Shown here one piece after another: positions 1-10,200 of a DNA stretch of 48,383 bases. The notes beneath the pieces were generated by a model. It had not been told where the DNA came from and searched no databases. It saw nothing but the letters and a program-made list of their open reading frames with translations. The position numbers and the translations under genes were made by a program. How positions within the stretch are numbered: the stretch's first letter is position 1; every line of letters begins with the position of its first letter. Source of the DNA: a virus (lineage: Duplodnaviria > Heunggongvirae > Uroviricota > Caudoviricetes); the IMG/VR virus record IMGVR_UViG_2671180501_000010; one strand, written 5' to 3'.

Positions 1-212
1 CACAACATCCGAGGACAGCATCGTCCGCTGGCCCACAGAAGTCCGGAAAGTCATGGAAGGTCGTTGTTGGGAGGAGGTACAAATTCTCTCATGCAAAAAA
101 TACGTAAAATCGATAATAGCTGGAAATAATTCAATACATGCACTCTCGAAAGTGCATCAGCCAACCGCAGAACGTTATTGCATACAACGTTTCTGCGGCA
201 TAATCCCAATGA

Positions 213-797
213 TTACTCCCTGACAGGGTTCGTAGGCCACTCAATATCAGGTGCAGTTGACGTATCAACACGGTTCAGCAATACCCGATACTTTTTCCAT
301 GCTTCCAGCAACGAGATTTCTTCCTCCGTTGCAATTTCCAGATCTGCAGCATCCTGAAGCGGCGCAATATGCTCACTGGCTACCTGCATCAGGTTGTTTT
401 TTGTTTCTTCCGCCTCCCGGATCCGGAACAGTTTTTCTGCTTCCGTATCCTTCACCCAGGCTGTGCCGTTCCACTTCTGAAACTCCCCTTCCGGCGATAA
501 CCAGGTAACATTTTCCGGTAACGGACCGAGTTCAGAAATAAATAACGCGTCGCCGGAAGCCACGTCATAAACCGTTTTACCCCGATGATCTTCAACGAGA
601 TGCCACGATGACTCATCACTGTTGAAAACAGCCACGAAGCCAGCCGGAATATCTGGCGGTGCAATATCGGTACTGTTTGCTGGCAGACCTGTATGAGGCG
701 GAATATATGCATCACCTTCACCAATAAATTCATTAGTTCCGGCCAGCAGATTATAAATTTTTATGGTCCGTGGTTGTTCACTCATTCTGAATGCCAT
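213..797 (-). CDS. tfaR: Tail fibre assembly protein (Tfa family)
   Basis: 194-aa ORF; translation matches recalled Rac TfaR / lambda Tfa sequence; start overlaps stop of upstream stf (ATGA). Confidence 0.85.
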   Translation of the reverse strand: MAFRMSEQPRTIKIYNLLAGTNEFIGEGDAYIPPHTGLPANSTDIAPPDIPAGFVAVFNSDESSWHLVEDHRGKTVYDVASGDALFISELGPLPENVTWLSPEGEFQKWNGTAWVKDTEAEKLFRIREAEETKNNLMQVASEHIAPLQDAADLEIATEEEISLLEAWKKYRVLLNRVDTSTAPDIEWPTNPVRE

Positions 798-3625
798 TAT
801 GCAAGCCTCACAATATAGTTAAATGCGATGTTTTTGACGGTGTTTTCCGCGTTACCAGCAGCGTTAACGGTGATGGTGTGTCCATGTGAACCAATCGCAA
901 CGGAGTGCGTATGAGCACCAATACCGACAGTATGCGCGTGTGCACCTGCAGATGCTGCTGTGCCGGACAGTGAATGGCTATGATTACCATCTATACTGGT
1001 ATTCGCTAACCACCCCGTAGACATACCTACTGAGCCTTGTACACCCCAGGTATTTTGACCTGAGCTTGTATAACCATATTGATAAGTATCTTTAAAAACA
1101 CTGGGGTTAAATCGACGGCCATCTCTATGGCTGTGATTACCAGCTGCATTCGTGCTGCCACTTAAACTATGGGTATGCGCACCAGTGTTATTCGTGGATT
1201 TAGTGCCGTAATCAAACGACGATGTGGTTTTCGTCCCCAAATCCGTACTGGATGCGCTGGCGCTGTGGGTATGCGATTTAATGCCGTCCTGTTCCTGAGA
1301 CAATACGGCCCGACCACTGGCAGGTTTGCCCTTAATCGTCCAGCCACGCATATCAGGGATCACGCCTGACGGATAAGCCGCTGCAAGTTTCGGGTATGCA
1401 GATTTGTCAAAAGCCTGCCCCTGCATCAGGGCATAGCCAGACGGAACGGTATCTGATGGCCACGGGATTGGTGCGCCAGGCGGATAAAACTGCTCTGATG
1501 GCGTATAGAGTGAATAAACTGTACCGTCCGTTAACCCTTCCGGCTTATTAGCAGAATATGCTGGTGACGTATGAATCGTCACGCTGGCATTACTGGTATA
1601 ATCCCATTGAATATTTACACCAGTCGCATAATTTCCGATTGCAACGTAAATATCGTAAGTATCACCAGATGTATTAACCCAGGCAAAATTTGTAAACCCT
1701 GTCAATGTGCGCTGCCATAAAGCACCAGTAATCCCCTTCGGATTACCATTACCTGCACGTAAAACAAGTTCAGATATACCTGCCTGTTGAGGTGACCCCA
1801 CGTTAAATCCAGCGCCACCAATCAACGTAATTGAAACAACAGAACTCGCCTGTGGCATGGTTACCGTTGCTAATTTGAACCAACCAGCACCACCGCTGAA
1901 TGACATTGTTGTTGAGTTAAGCGTACCAATATCTTTCGGCGTCAGTGTTATATCCGCTGAAAGCGCCTTACCATTCACCTTACGGGCAGAAGGTACCCGA
2001 CCATTCGCATTGTCATTAGCTGCTTTCACTGCTTTCGGTGTCGCAGCAAGCGTTTCAGATGTGCTGTTGGTTGCACTACTGAGCTGGACAATTCCTTTTT
2101 GTGCTGTCGTAGCGTCCTGTGCGGTGTATTTCCCGTTAGCCAGGTCATACGCGGCCTTAACGGCTTTTGGCGTTGCCGCCTGTGACTCGGAAGTGCTGTT
2201 GGTCGCACTGCTGAGCTGTACTATCCCCTTTTTCGTCGTGCTCGCATCCTCAAGCGCCACGGCGGATGCAATATCCTCTGCCCGTTTTGCTGCTGTCTCG
2301 GCGCGCGTTGCCGCGGATTCCGCCGTACTTTTGCTCTGTGCTGCCGCTGCCGCACTGCCAGCAGCCTCTGTCGCCTTCGTGGATGCCGTCGTGGCGCTGC
2401 CCCTCGCTGCTGACGCCTGTCTGGTCGCCTCATCTTTTGAAGCAGACGCAGATGATGCCGATGACGCCGCCGAACTGGCGGACGATGCGGCAGCCGTTTT
2501 TGAGGATTCTGCGCTGGTTTCCGACGCTTTCGCGTTCGTTTCGGATGTCTTCGCTGCGGAAGCAGACCTCGCTGCTGCGCTGGCCTGTTCAGTGGCTTCG
2601 CCAGCCTTCGTTGTGGCTGTTGAAGCGGATGATGCGGCGCTTTCTGCCGATTTTCCGGCGGCGGTGGCACTGACTGCTGCCTCCTCTGCCTTAATGGACG
2701 CCTCACGGGCCGATGATGCAGCTGCTGTCTCAGAGTCTGCCGCAGCTGAGGCGCTCTGTTCCGCTGCCGTTTCAGAAGACTTAGCATTCGTCTCGGACGT
2801 TTTTGCCGCCTTCACGGAATTTCCTGCCGCCGTTGCCGAGGAGGCTGCACTGCTGGCGCTTGTGGAGGCGTTCGTTTCTGATGATTTTGCCGCCTCTTTG
2901 GAGGCCGCCGCATCTCTGGCTGAAGTGGCGGCTTCTGACGCTTTCGTTGTCGCAGTGGATGCAGAAGTGGCTGCTGATTTTTGTGACGCTGCAGCATTCG
3001 TTTCTGACGTTTTCGCCGCACCGGCACTGGTGGCCGCCGCGCTTTTTGAGGACTCTGCAGCGGCAGCACTTTTTGATGCTTCAGTGGCCTTTGTTGATGC
3101 CGTTCCTGCGCTGGAAGACGCCTCCTGAGCCGAAGTCGCGGCCTGTCCGGCTGACGTGCTGGCTGCACGCGCTGAGCCTGCAGCATCAGTCGCATGGGTT
3201 GCCGCCTCACGGGCAGATGTGCCGGCATCACTGGCTGACTTCTTCGCGGCTGCCGTGTTCTGTGCCACCGCGGACGCGTTACGCGCCACCTCTTCCACCA
3301 TCAGTTCAAAACGGCGCAGAGCCTCCGGACGGGCATCATCCTCCGTCATGGCACCGAGAAAATCATTCAGCGTACCGGGTCGGGAATCTTCATACACAGT
3401 GATGGTCCCGGCATGTGACGGCGGGAATCCTTCCACCAACAGAATAACGCTGTACTGACCGTACTCAACGTCCATGCTGTAACGCCCGGCTTCATCCGGA
3501 TTTTCTGAGGCCAGCGTGTTCACCACCACCGTGGTGCTGTTACGTTTTGCTTTCAGCTGGATTGTGCAGTTCTGTACCGGTTTTCCTGTGCCGTCTTTCA
3601 GTACACCTGAAATCTTTACTGCCAT
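797..3625 (-). CDS. stfR: Side tail fibre protein (Stf); long Ala/Ser/Thr-rich repetitive shaft and His-rich C-terminal domain
   Basis: ORF 797-3631; likely ATG at 3625 ([12 protein letters not shown]...) matching lambda Stf N-terminus; central low-complexity repeats; C-terminal GAHTHS/GSHGHT motifs typical of lambda-type Stf. Confidence 0.85.
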   Translation of the reverse strand: MAVKISGVLKDGTGKPVQNCTIQLKAKRNSTTVVVNTLASENPDEAGRYSMDVEYGQYSVILLVEGFPPSHAGTITVYEDSRPGTLNDFLGAMTEDDARPEALRRFELMVEEVARNASAVAQNTAAAKKSASDAGTSAREAATHATDAAGSARAASTSAGQAATSAQEASSSAGTASTKATEASKSAAAAESSKSAAATSAGAAKTSETNAAASQKSAATSASTATTKASEAATSARDAAASKEAAKSSETNASTSASSAASSATAAGNSVKAAKTSETNAKSSETAAEQSASAAADSETAAASSAREASIKAEEAAVSATAAGKSAESAASSASTATTKAGEATEQASAAARSASAAKTSETNAKASETSAESSKTAAASSASSAASSASSASASKDEATRQASAARGSATTASTKATEAAGSAAAAAQSKSTAESAATRAETAAKRAEDIASAVALEDASTTKKGIVQLSSATNSTSESQAATPKAVKAAYDLANGKYTAQDATTAQKGIVQLSSATNSTSETLAATPKAVKAANDNANGRVPSARKVNGKALSADITLTPKDIGTLNSTTMSFSGGAGWFKLATVTMPQASSVVSITLIGGAGFNVGSPQQAGISELVLRAGNGNPKGITGALWQRTLTGFTNFAWVNTSGDTYDIYVAIGNYATGVNIQWDYTSNASVTIHTSPAYSANKPEGLTDGTVYSLYTPSEQFYPPGAPIPWPSDTVPSGYALMQGQAFDKSAYPKLAAAYPSGVIPDMRGWTIKGKPASGRAVLSQEQDGIKSHTHSASASSTDLGTKTTSSFDYGTKSTNNTGAHTHSLSGSTNAAGNHSHRDGRRFNPSVFKDTYQYGYTSSGQNTWGVQGSVGMSTGWLANTSIDGNHSHSLSGTAASAGAHAHTVGIGAHTHSVAIGSHGHTITVNAAGNAENTVKNIAFNYIVRLA

Positions 3626-3634
3626 ATTCACCCC

Positions 3635-3663
3635 ACAAAAAAGCCCGCCTGAACCGGCGGGCT
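3635..3663 (-). terminator. Rho-independent terminator between lom and stf
   Basis: GC-rich 8-bp stem (agcccgcc / ggcgggct, loop tgaacc) followed on the minus strand by a T-run (plus-strand A-run 3637-3641). Confidence 0.5.
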
Positions 3664-3689
3664 GTCATAACACTGTGTTACCTGGCTAA

Positions 3690-4249
3690 TCAGAACTTAT
3701 AACCGACACCCACGATGAAACCGTCAGTGCGCCAGTCGCCACTGCCGGAGCCTTCATAAGCAATATCAATGGCCACGGATTCGGTCGGGTTAAACTGCAC
3801 GCCAGCTCCCCACGCCAGAGACGTGTTGCTGTGGCGACCGTCATCACTTCCGGTCAGCACGTCGTGCGTTTTCCCCTTGTTGTCAGTTACGCGGAGATAA
3901 TCCCCGGAGAAAGTCGACACACGGCTGTAAGCCACACCCGCCATCGCATACGCGCTGAACCATTCATTCACGCGCACAGACGGCCCCGCCATTACGCTGA
4001 ACCAGCGGTTACGAACGGAATCTTCATGCCAGCGGGTATCGCTGTAACGGGTCAGCTGGCGATTCTTGTCTCCTGCATAGCTGAATGACGTCACCAGCCC
4101 CAGCGTATCCGTAAACTCATAACGGTATTTCACGTTAATCCCGTTCAGATCATCACTGCCGGGAACGTTGGTCCGGGCATGAAGATACCCCGCGCTCAGC
4201 GTGGACTGATGTTCAGACGCCCATGCAGGCGCACCGGATACGGCCAGGC
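3690..4249 (-). CDS. lomR: Lom-like outer-membrane beta-barrel protein; 5' end lies in the N-masked run
   Basis: Translation (…LAVSGAPAWASEHQSTLSAGYLHARTNVPGSDDLNGINVKYRYEF…GVGYKF) matches recalled lambda Lom; C-terminal aromatic residue; reading frame continues upstream into Ns starting at 4250. Confidence 0.8.
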
Positions 4250-4676
4250 NNNNNNNNNNNNNNNNNNNNNNNNNNNNNNNNNNNNNNNNNNNNNNNNNNN
4301 NNNNNNNNNNNNNNNNNNNNNNNNNNNNNNNNNNNNNNNNNNNNNNNNNNNNNNNNNNNNNNNNNNNNNNNNNNNNNNNNNNNNNNNNNNNNNNNNNNNN
4401 NNNNNNNNNNNNNNNNNNNNNNNNNNNNNNNNNNNNNNNNNNNNNNNNNNNNNNNNNNNNNNNNNNNNNNNNNNNNNNNNNNNNNNNNNNNNNNNNNNNN
4501 NNNNNNNNNNNNNNNNNNNNNNNNNNNNNNNNNNNNNNNNNNNNNNNNNNNNNNNNNNNNNNNNNNNNNNNNNNNNNNNNNNNNNNNNNNNNNNNNNNNN
4601 NNNNNNNNNNNNNNNNNNNNNNNNNNNNNNNNNNNNNNNNNNNNNNNNNNNNNNNNNNNNNNNNNNNNNNNNNNNN
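4250..4676. other. Run of 427 N (masked or unsequenced bases)
   Basis: Literal n characters; length fits the expected lambda-like J C-terminus, J-lom spacer and lom N-terminus, suggesting masking of real sequence rather than an arbitrary gap. Confidence 0.95.
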
Positions 4677-7600
4677 ATACCGTTAAAAATAATGGGCGGA
4701 ATAATAATCTGGCGGTCAAAGTTATGATCATCGCTGATGGTGACTGTAACCGTACCGTCTGGTGTTTCCGTGTTACCCCACGTACCGACTTTTTTCGGGA
4801 AGGCTTTTGATACAGCTTTAACGAAATCCCCTCTGACCTGGGTCGCCTCCAGCATGCCCTTAATCGTACAGTTCTGGTTAATCGTGACATTGTTGAGCGT
4901 TCCTGAGTTCGCATTCACACTACCACTGATATCCGCATTTTTAGCGGTCAGCTTTCCGTCTGATGTCAGGGAAAATACCGGAGGACTGCCACCGCTGGTA
5001 ATGGCGGGGGCTGTCAGGCGCTTCAGGAACACGTCGTTCATGAATATCTGGTTGCCCTGCGCCACAAACATCGGCGTTTCATTCCCGTTTGCCGGGTCAA
5101 TAAACGCGATACGATTGGCGGCAACCAGAAACTGGCTCAGCTTGCCTTCCTCCGTGTCCTCCATGCTGAGGCCAATACCCGCGACATAATGTTTGCCGTC
5201 TTTGGTCTGCTCAATTTTGACGCCCCACATCGCATTCCATTTATCGTTAGCGTCCTTCCACTCTTTCGAAAACTCATCCAGTCTGCTGGCGTTATCCTCC
5301 GTCAGATCAACTTTTTCCAGCAGCTCTTTACCGAGATGGGATTCGGTTATCTTGCCTTTGAAAAAATCCAGGTAACCTTCCGCATCATCGCTCGCCCGAC
5401 CGACGGCCTCCACGAATGCCGATTTGCCAACGGTGTTCACACTGCGGATATAAAAGTAATAATCATGGCCCGGTTTGATATTGATACTGGCGGCTATCCA
5501 GTACAGCCCCGCGCCAAGGTAGCGGGCTGTGGTTTCAACCTGCCTGATATCGGTAATCCGCGTTTCCGAGAACCAGAACTCAAACTGTACCGTCGGATCA
5601 TAAACCGCAAGATGCGGCGTGGCAGTTATCTGAAAATAGCCCGGCGTCAGCTCAATCCGCGACGGTGCTACCGGTGCGGCAATCCTGAACGATACCGACG
5701 CCGGATCGCCCTGCTGTCCCCAGGCATTTACCGCCCGGACTGTCAGCGTGTACCGTCCCAGCGCCAGTTGCGTGAAGCGGTATGTGGTTTCCGTCGTCCG
5801 GGCCGTGCTGACCAGCCGCTCACTGCCGTCATCCGCTGCCACGGTCAGGCGAAGCATAAAGCTCACCCCCTTCACCACCTTCGGCGTGTCCCAGCGCGCC
5901 AGCACCTGATATTCCCCGCTGTCTGCGGTGACTTCGGCAGTCAGGTGCTGCACCGCTGGCGGCGTGACACCATTCACCGTGCCGCTCTGGTCGCCGTCAA
6001 AGTGCGCCCCGTTATCCACGATGGCTTCTTTTTCCGGTACATGCTGCACGGCAGTGATGGCATACGTGCCGTCATCGTTCTCACGGATACTCACACAGCG
6101 GAACAGGCGCTGGCGCAACGTCGGCAGCTTCAGCCCCCACACGCTGTATTCAGCAACGCCGTCAGGAACACGGCTCACTTTCACCTTCACGCCGTCGGTG
6201 ACGGACTGAACCTCCACGCTGACCGGATTGCCACTTCCGTCAACCAGGCTTATCAGCATGGTACCGGAGGATGGCAGCGTGATTTCACGGTCGAGCGTCA
6301 GCGTCCGGGTCTGGCTGTTTACCGCCAGCACGCGCCCGCCGATGCTGATACCCGCATAGTCATCATCACAGATTTCAATGACATCGCCCGGCACATGGCG
6401 AAGCCCTTCTGCGCCCACGCTGAAGTCCACGGTCTGCGTTTCCAGCAGTTCTGTTTTAATCAGCCACAGCCCGGCGCGGTGTGCCTGCCCCCGGCTGGTA
6501 CAGCCAAAAGCATCCATCTTCGTGACGTTACGACCGTAACGGGCAATGGCCTGCGTATCCTCCACAAGCTCTGTCGCCGTCTCCCAGCCGTTATCCGGGT
6601 CAATCCAGTTCACCTCAACGGCATTATGGCGGTCTTTCAGGGCGCTGAAGCTGTAGCGGAACGGCGCGCCATCATCCGGCATCACCACATTACTGCGGTT
6701 ATAGGTCCACACCTTATCCGACGGTCGGTCCTGCACGAACGTCAGCGTCTGCCCGTTCCATACCGGCATACAGCGCATCGCCGAGCAGAAATCACTGAGC
6801 ACATCCCACGCCTTGCGCTGTGTGGTCAGGTACGCATTACAGGTGATGCGCGGCTCCGTGCCGCCAAAGCCGTCCGGCACTGACTGGTCGCAGTACTGGC
6901 CGATGACATACAGCGCCCATTTGTCCACATCCGCCGCACCAAGACGTTTCCCCATGCCGTAGCGCGGGTGGGTCAGCATATCCCACAGACACCAGGCCAT
7001 GTTGTTGCTGTATGCTGGTTTTAACGTTCCGTCCCAGATACCGCTGTATTGTCGCGTCTGCGGGTTATAGTTCGACGGCACCTGCAGAATGCGCCCGCGA
7101 AGATGATAATTACGACTCACCTGCTGGCTGCCGAACTGCTCCGAGTCCACCTGTACGCCGACCAGTGCAGTGTTCGGGTAGCACTGTTTCACATCGATGA
7201 TTTCGGTGTATGACGACCAGAGCGTTTTGTTCTGCAGCTGGTCTGTGGTGCTGTCCGGTGTCATCCTGCGCATCCGGATACTGAACGGGCGCGGAGGCAG
7301 GTTATCCACCACCACCGAGACCAGATACTGCGAGGTGGTTTTGCCCTTAATGGTGATGTCTTTTTCCGTCACCCAGCCACCGTTACGCTGTATCTGAACC
7401 AGCAGGCGGACTTCCGACGGATTCCTGTCTCCCTTTGAGGTGGTTTCNNNNNNNNNNNNNNNNNNNNNNNNNNNNNNNNNNNNNNNNNNNNNNNNNNNNN
7501 NNNNNNNNNNNNNNNNNNNNNNNNNNNNNNNNNNNNNNNNNNNNNNNNNNNNNNNNNNNNNNNNNNNNNNNNNNNNNNNNNNNNNNNNNNNNNNNNNNNN

Positions 7601-7817
7601 NNNNNNNNNNNNNNNNNNNNNNNNNNNNNNNNNNNNNNNNNNNNNNNNNNNNNNNNNNNNNNNNNNNNNNNNNNNNNNNNNNNNNNNNNNNNNNNCCATC
7701 CACCGGACCTTCAACCGGCCCTTCACTGATGGCATCGATCACACTCAGCAGCTGCGTGGACTTCAGGTTGTCCTTCGCTTCGCGCGGGGTATGCCCCTTA
7801 CTGCTGCCTTTACCCAT
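4677..7817 (-). CDS. J: Host specificity / central tail fibre protein J (tail tip); C-terminal ~95 codons and an internal segment are hidden in N runs
   Basis: Starts [22 protein letters not shown] at 7817; long stretches match recalled lambda gpJ; visible 3' end (…[13 protein letters not shown]) runs into Ns at 4676; internal Ns 7448-7695. Confidence 0.85.
7448..7695. other. Run of 248 N inside J
   Basis: Literal n characters; corresponds to about residues 41-122 of lambda-like J by length. Confidence 0.95.
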
Positions 7818-7877
7818 TCCTCACGCTCCATAAACGACAAAACCGCCCGCAGGCGGTTTCTCATAAAACATTTTGCA

Positions 7878-8525
7878 TCAGCGACCAATCACCACAACCT
7901 GACCACCATCCCCTTCGTCTGCCGTGCTGATCTCCTGAGAAACCACACGTGACCCCACGCGCATTTCCCCGTACAGAACAGGCAGAACATTACCCTGGGC
8001 AACCATGTTATCCAGTGACGAGAAATACGTGTTCTGTTTGCCGTTATCTGTACTGGCTGCCGTGGGCGTCCTGGCTTTCGGTGCCAGCATCTGCGCCACA
8101 CCACCCAGGATCATACTGGCCCCTGCTGCATACATACCCGATACAGCCGCGGCCCCCAGCCAGCCCACAGGGTTCCACCATGCCACCGCAATCAGCGCCG
8201 CACCCAGCACCGCCTGAAACACACCGCCACTTTTGGCACCCGCCAGACGCGGAACGATGTGGATCACGGCACCATTTGCCAGCGGTTCATTAAGACGGGC
8301 AGATAATTCATTTTCGCCTGCATCACGCCCGGCAATGCGCACCTGATACCAGCCGTCGCTCAGTTTCTGACGAAATGCCGGGAGCTGTGTGGCCAGTGCC
8401 CGGATGGCTTCGGCCCCCGTTTTCACACGAAGGTCGATGCGGCGGCCAAATCGCTGCAAATCCCCGTAAAGGCAGATGCGTGCCATGCCCGGTGACGCCA
8501 GAGGGAGTGTGTGCGTCGCTGCCAT
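7878..8525 (-). CDS. I: Tail tip assembly protein I
   Basis: 215-aa ORF starting MAATHTLPLASPGMARICLYGDLQRFGRR, matching recalled lambda gpI. Confidence 0.85.
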   Translation of the reverse strand: MAATHTLPLASPGMARICLYGDLQRFGRRIDLRVKTGAEAIRALATQLPAFRQKLSDGWYQVRIAGRDAGENELSARLNEPLANGAVIHIVPRLAGAKSGGVFQAVLGAALIAVAWWNPVGWLGAAAVSGMYAAGASMILGGVAQMLAPKARTPTAASTDNGKQNTYFSSLDNMVAQGNVLPVLYGEMRVGSRVVSQEISTADEGDGGQVVVIGR

Positions 8526-9166
8526 TTGTCGGTGTACCTCTCTCGTTTACTCAGTTGTTCAGGAATATGGTGCAGCAGCTCGCCGTCACCACAGTAAATG
8601 GCGGCATGATTCGGCACCGATGAACCAAAACAGCACAGCAGCACATCGCCCGGCTGCGCCGTTGACAACGGCACCTGATACAGCCCTGTAGCCTCCAGAT
8701 TATCCAGATAGAGATTCTGACCATTACGCCACCAGTCGTCCTCACGATGAAAATCTGGCATCTCAATTCCCGCCAGATGGTAAGCGTCCCGGAACAGCGT
8801 GTAACAGTCCGTCACCCCGTGCTCAAAGCGCCGCCCGGTGAGATGCGGCACACAGCGGAACTTGTGAATCGCCCCGCGGCAGACCAGCCACCACGACAAA
8901 TCACTCTGCACCTGCAGCCGCCGGTCGGCCTCACTCAGCCAGGGCAGACCACCGGGGTGGCTGTGGACCAGCGCCACAATCTCACCCTGCATCTCTGCCT
9001 GCAGCCAGTCCTCCGGAGCCATCCGGAAATACTCCTCCGGCTCACCGGAAATATTCACGCAGGGAAAATATCTTTCCCCCTCCGGTGTTCTCACCACGAA
9101 GCCGCACGACTCCGCTGGCGCACATCGCCGGGCGTGCGCCAGAATCGCTGATTCTGTCTGTGTCAT
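8423..9166 (-). CDS. K: Tail tip assembly protein K (MPN/JAB-like plus NlpC/P60-like)
   Basis: ORF starting MTQTESAILAHARRCAPAESCGFV; HSH motif (ALVHSHPGG) and Cys-containing C-terminal half; position between L and I. The ORF overlaps I by about 100 nt, so the true 3' end is uncertain. Confidence 0.75.
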   Translation of the reverse strand: MTQTESAILAHARRCAPAESCGFVVRTPEGERYFPCVNISGEPEEYFRMAPEDWLQAEMQGEIVALVHSHPGGLPWLSEADRRLQVQSDLSWWLVCRGAIHKFRCVPHLTGRRFEHGVTDCYTLFRDAYHLAGIEMPDFHREDDWWRNGQNLYLDNLEATGLYQVPLSTAQPGDVLLCCFGSSVPNHAAIYCGDGELLHHIPEQLSKRERYTDKWQRRTHSLWRHRAWHASAFTGICSDLAAASTFV

Positions 9167-9171
9167 GGGAT

Positions 9172-9870
9172 TTACTGCGAAAGTTTGTTAATGGAAAGGA
9201 AGCCGCCAAAGTTGCCGACGTTATTGCGGAACTTACAACCGCTCAGGCATTTGCTGCATTTATCCTTCGTGATATCGGACGTTGGCTGGTCATATTCATC
9301 CGCGACAGCCGGACCGTGATAACCGCACTCATCACCGCGATAGGTCCAGGTGCAGGTATTAGCAAGCATGATGCGCCCCGGAAAAACAGCGCCGTCCGTT
9401 TCCGTCGGCGTGGACAGTACAAAGGAGGCACTGACCGCGCTCAGTTCGCTGCACTGCTCAATACGCCAGCGGCTGATCACCTCCTGCTCCGGATCGGCGT
9501 CACTGTTTCCGTTGACGAAGTTCACCGCATCCAGAAAACGGGCGTAAACCTTACGCCTGACCACCGTTCCGCCGACCAGACTCTGCAGGTCTTCCGCCAT
9601 CCCGGTGACCATGCCGTGCAGATTAGAGACTTTCAGCGTTGGCCTTGCACTGGCACCTTTGCCGTTCATCTCAAATCCACTCCCCTGAATGGGATAGGCC
9701 TGATACTGCCGACTCTGCCAGGTGACAGACTCTCCTTTCTCGTTCTGCTCATTGCAGAAAAAGTAGCGATCCCCGCCTACCTCGGTCAGGTCGATTTCCC
9801 AGAGCACCACGCTGGCCGACTGCTCCGCACGAATGCATTCATTCAGCGTTTCCTGTTGTATGTCCTGCAT
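9172..9870 (-). CDS. L: Minor tail protein L
   Basis: 232-aa ORF matching recalled lambda gpL (MQDIQQETLNECIRAEQSASVVLWEIDLTEVGG…), including the C-terminal Cys cluster. Confidence 0.85.
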   Translation of the reverse strand: MQDIQQETLNECIRAEQSASVVLWEIDLTEVGGDRYFFCNEQNEKGESVTWQSRQYQAYPIQGSGFEMNGKGASARPTLKVSNLHGMVTGMAEDLQSLVGGTVVRRKVYARFLDAVNFVNGNSDADPEQEVISRWRIEQCSELSAVSASFVLSTPTETDGAVFPGRIMLANTCTWTYRGDECGYHGPAVADEYDQPTSDITKDKCSKCLSGCKFRNNVGNFGGFLSINKLSQ

Positions 9871-10166
9871 CAGATCACCACTTCGTCAAACTGACACGAA
9901 AAATCGGTATAGGTGATATGTTCTGTCGCTGACCACGTTCGACACACCACTCTGATTTTTCTGTTAATACCCGGCGGGCGCCAAAAAAAAGATTTATAGC
10001 CTTCATGCCGGGCTAAAAATTTTTCAAATGAATCACGTTCATTCGCCTCAACTTTGAAATCACAGGTGAAAACGCGCAGAGAATGATTAAGTCCATTTGG
10101 ACTTCGTTGCTCATAACCATCACCAAATCTTACAGTTTTTATCGATGGTTTATTTTCTGTTTTCAT
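9870..10166 (-). CDS. M: Minor tail protein M
   Basis: Lambda gpM-like (…VRFGDGYEQR…); ATG at 10166 (MKTENKPS) preferred over GTG at 10208 by alignment to lambda M (MKTFRW…); alternative start 10208 overlaps H stop. Confidence 0.75.
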   Translation of the reverse strand: MKTENKPSIKTVRFGDGYEQRSPNGLNHSLRVFTCDFKVEANERDSFEKFLARHEGYKSFFWRPPGINRKIRVVCRTWSATEHITYTDFSCQFDEVVI

Positions 10167-10200
10167 TCCATCCTCTGGTAACCAGTGAAATTCTTCCGTA

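Noticed and set aside
1-53. Possible 5' end of a minus-strand gene running off the left edge (ATG at 53-51, MTFRTSVGQRTMLSSDVV…)
   Set aside because: Only about 17 codons are visible and there is no clear RBS; too little sequence to support a call.
1857-3128. 423-aa plus-strand ORF (Ala/Leu/Ser-rich) and other long ORFs (2221-2787, 2266-2673, 2803-3402, 2812-3231, 3156-3458) within stf
   Set aside because: They are alternative-frame or antisense readings of the repetitive stf shaft; the minus-strand stf frame has clear lambda-Stf-like N- and C-termini and the others are low-complexity artefacts.
4179-4914. ORFs whose translations are mostly X (4179-4727, 4213-4914, 4223-4810) and the X-containing ends of the 4196-7735 and 7383-7817 ORFs
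   Set aside because: They arise from reading through runs of N; no coding inference is possible inside the masked intervals.
5189-6883. 564-aa plus-strand ORF antisense to J
   Set aside because: The minus strand over this interval encodes J with extensive similarity to recalled lambda gpJ; the antisense ORF is Arg/Pro-rich with no start signals and is a by-product of GC-rich codon usage.
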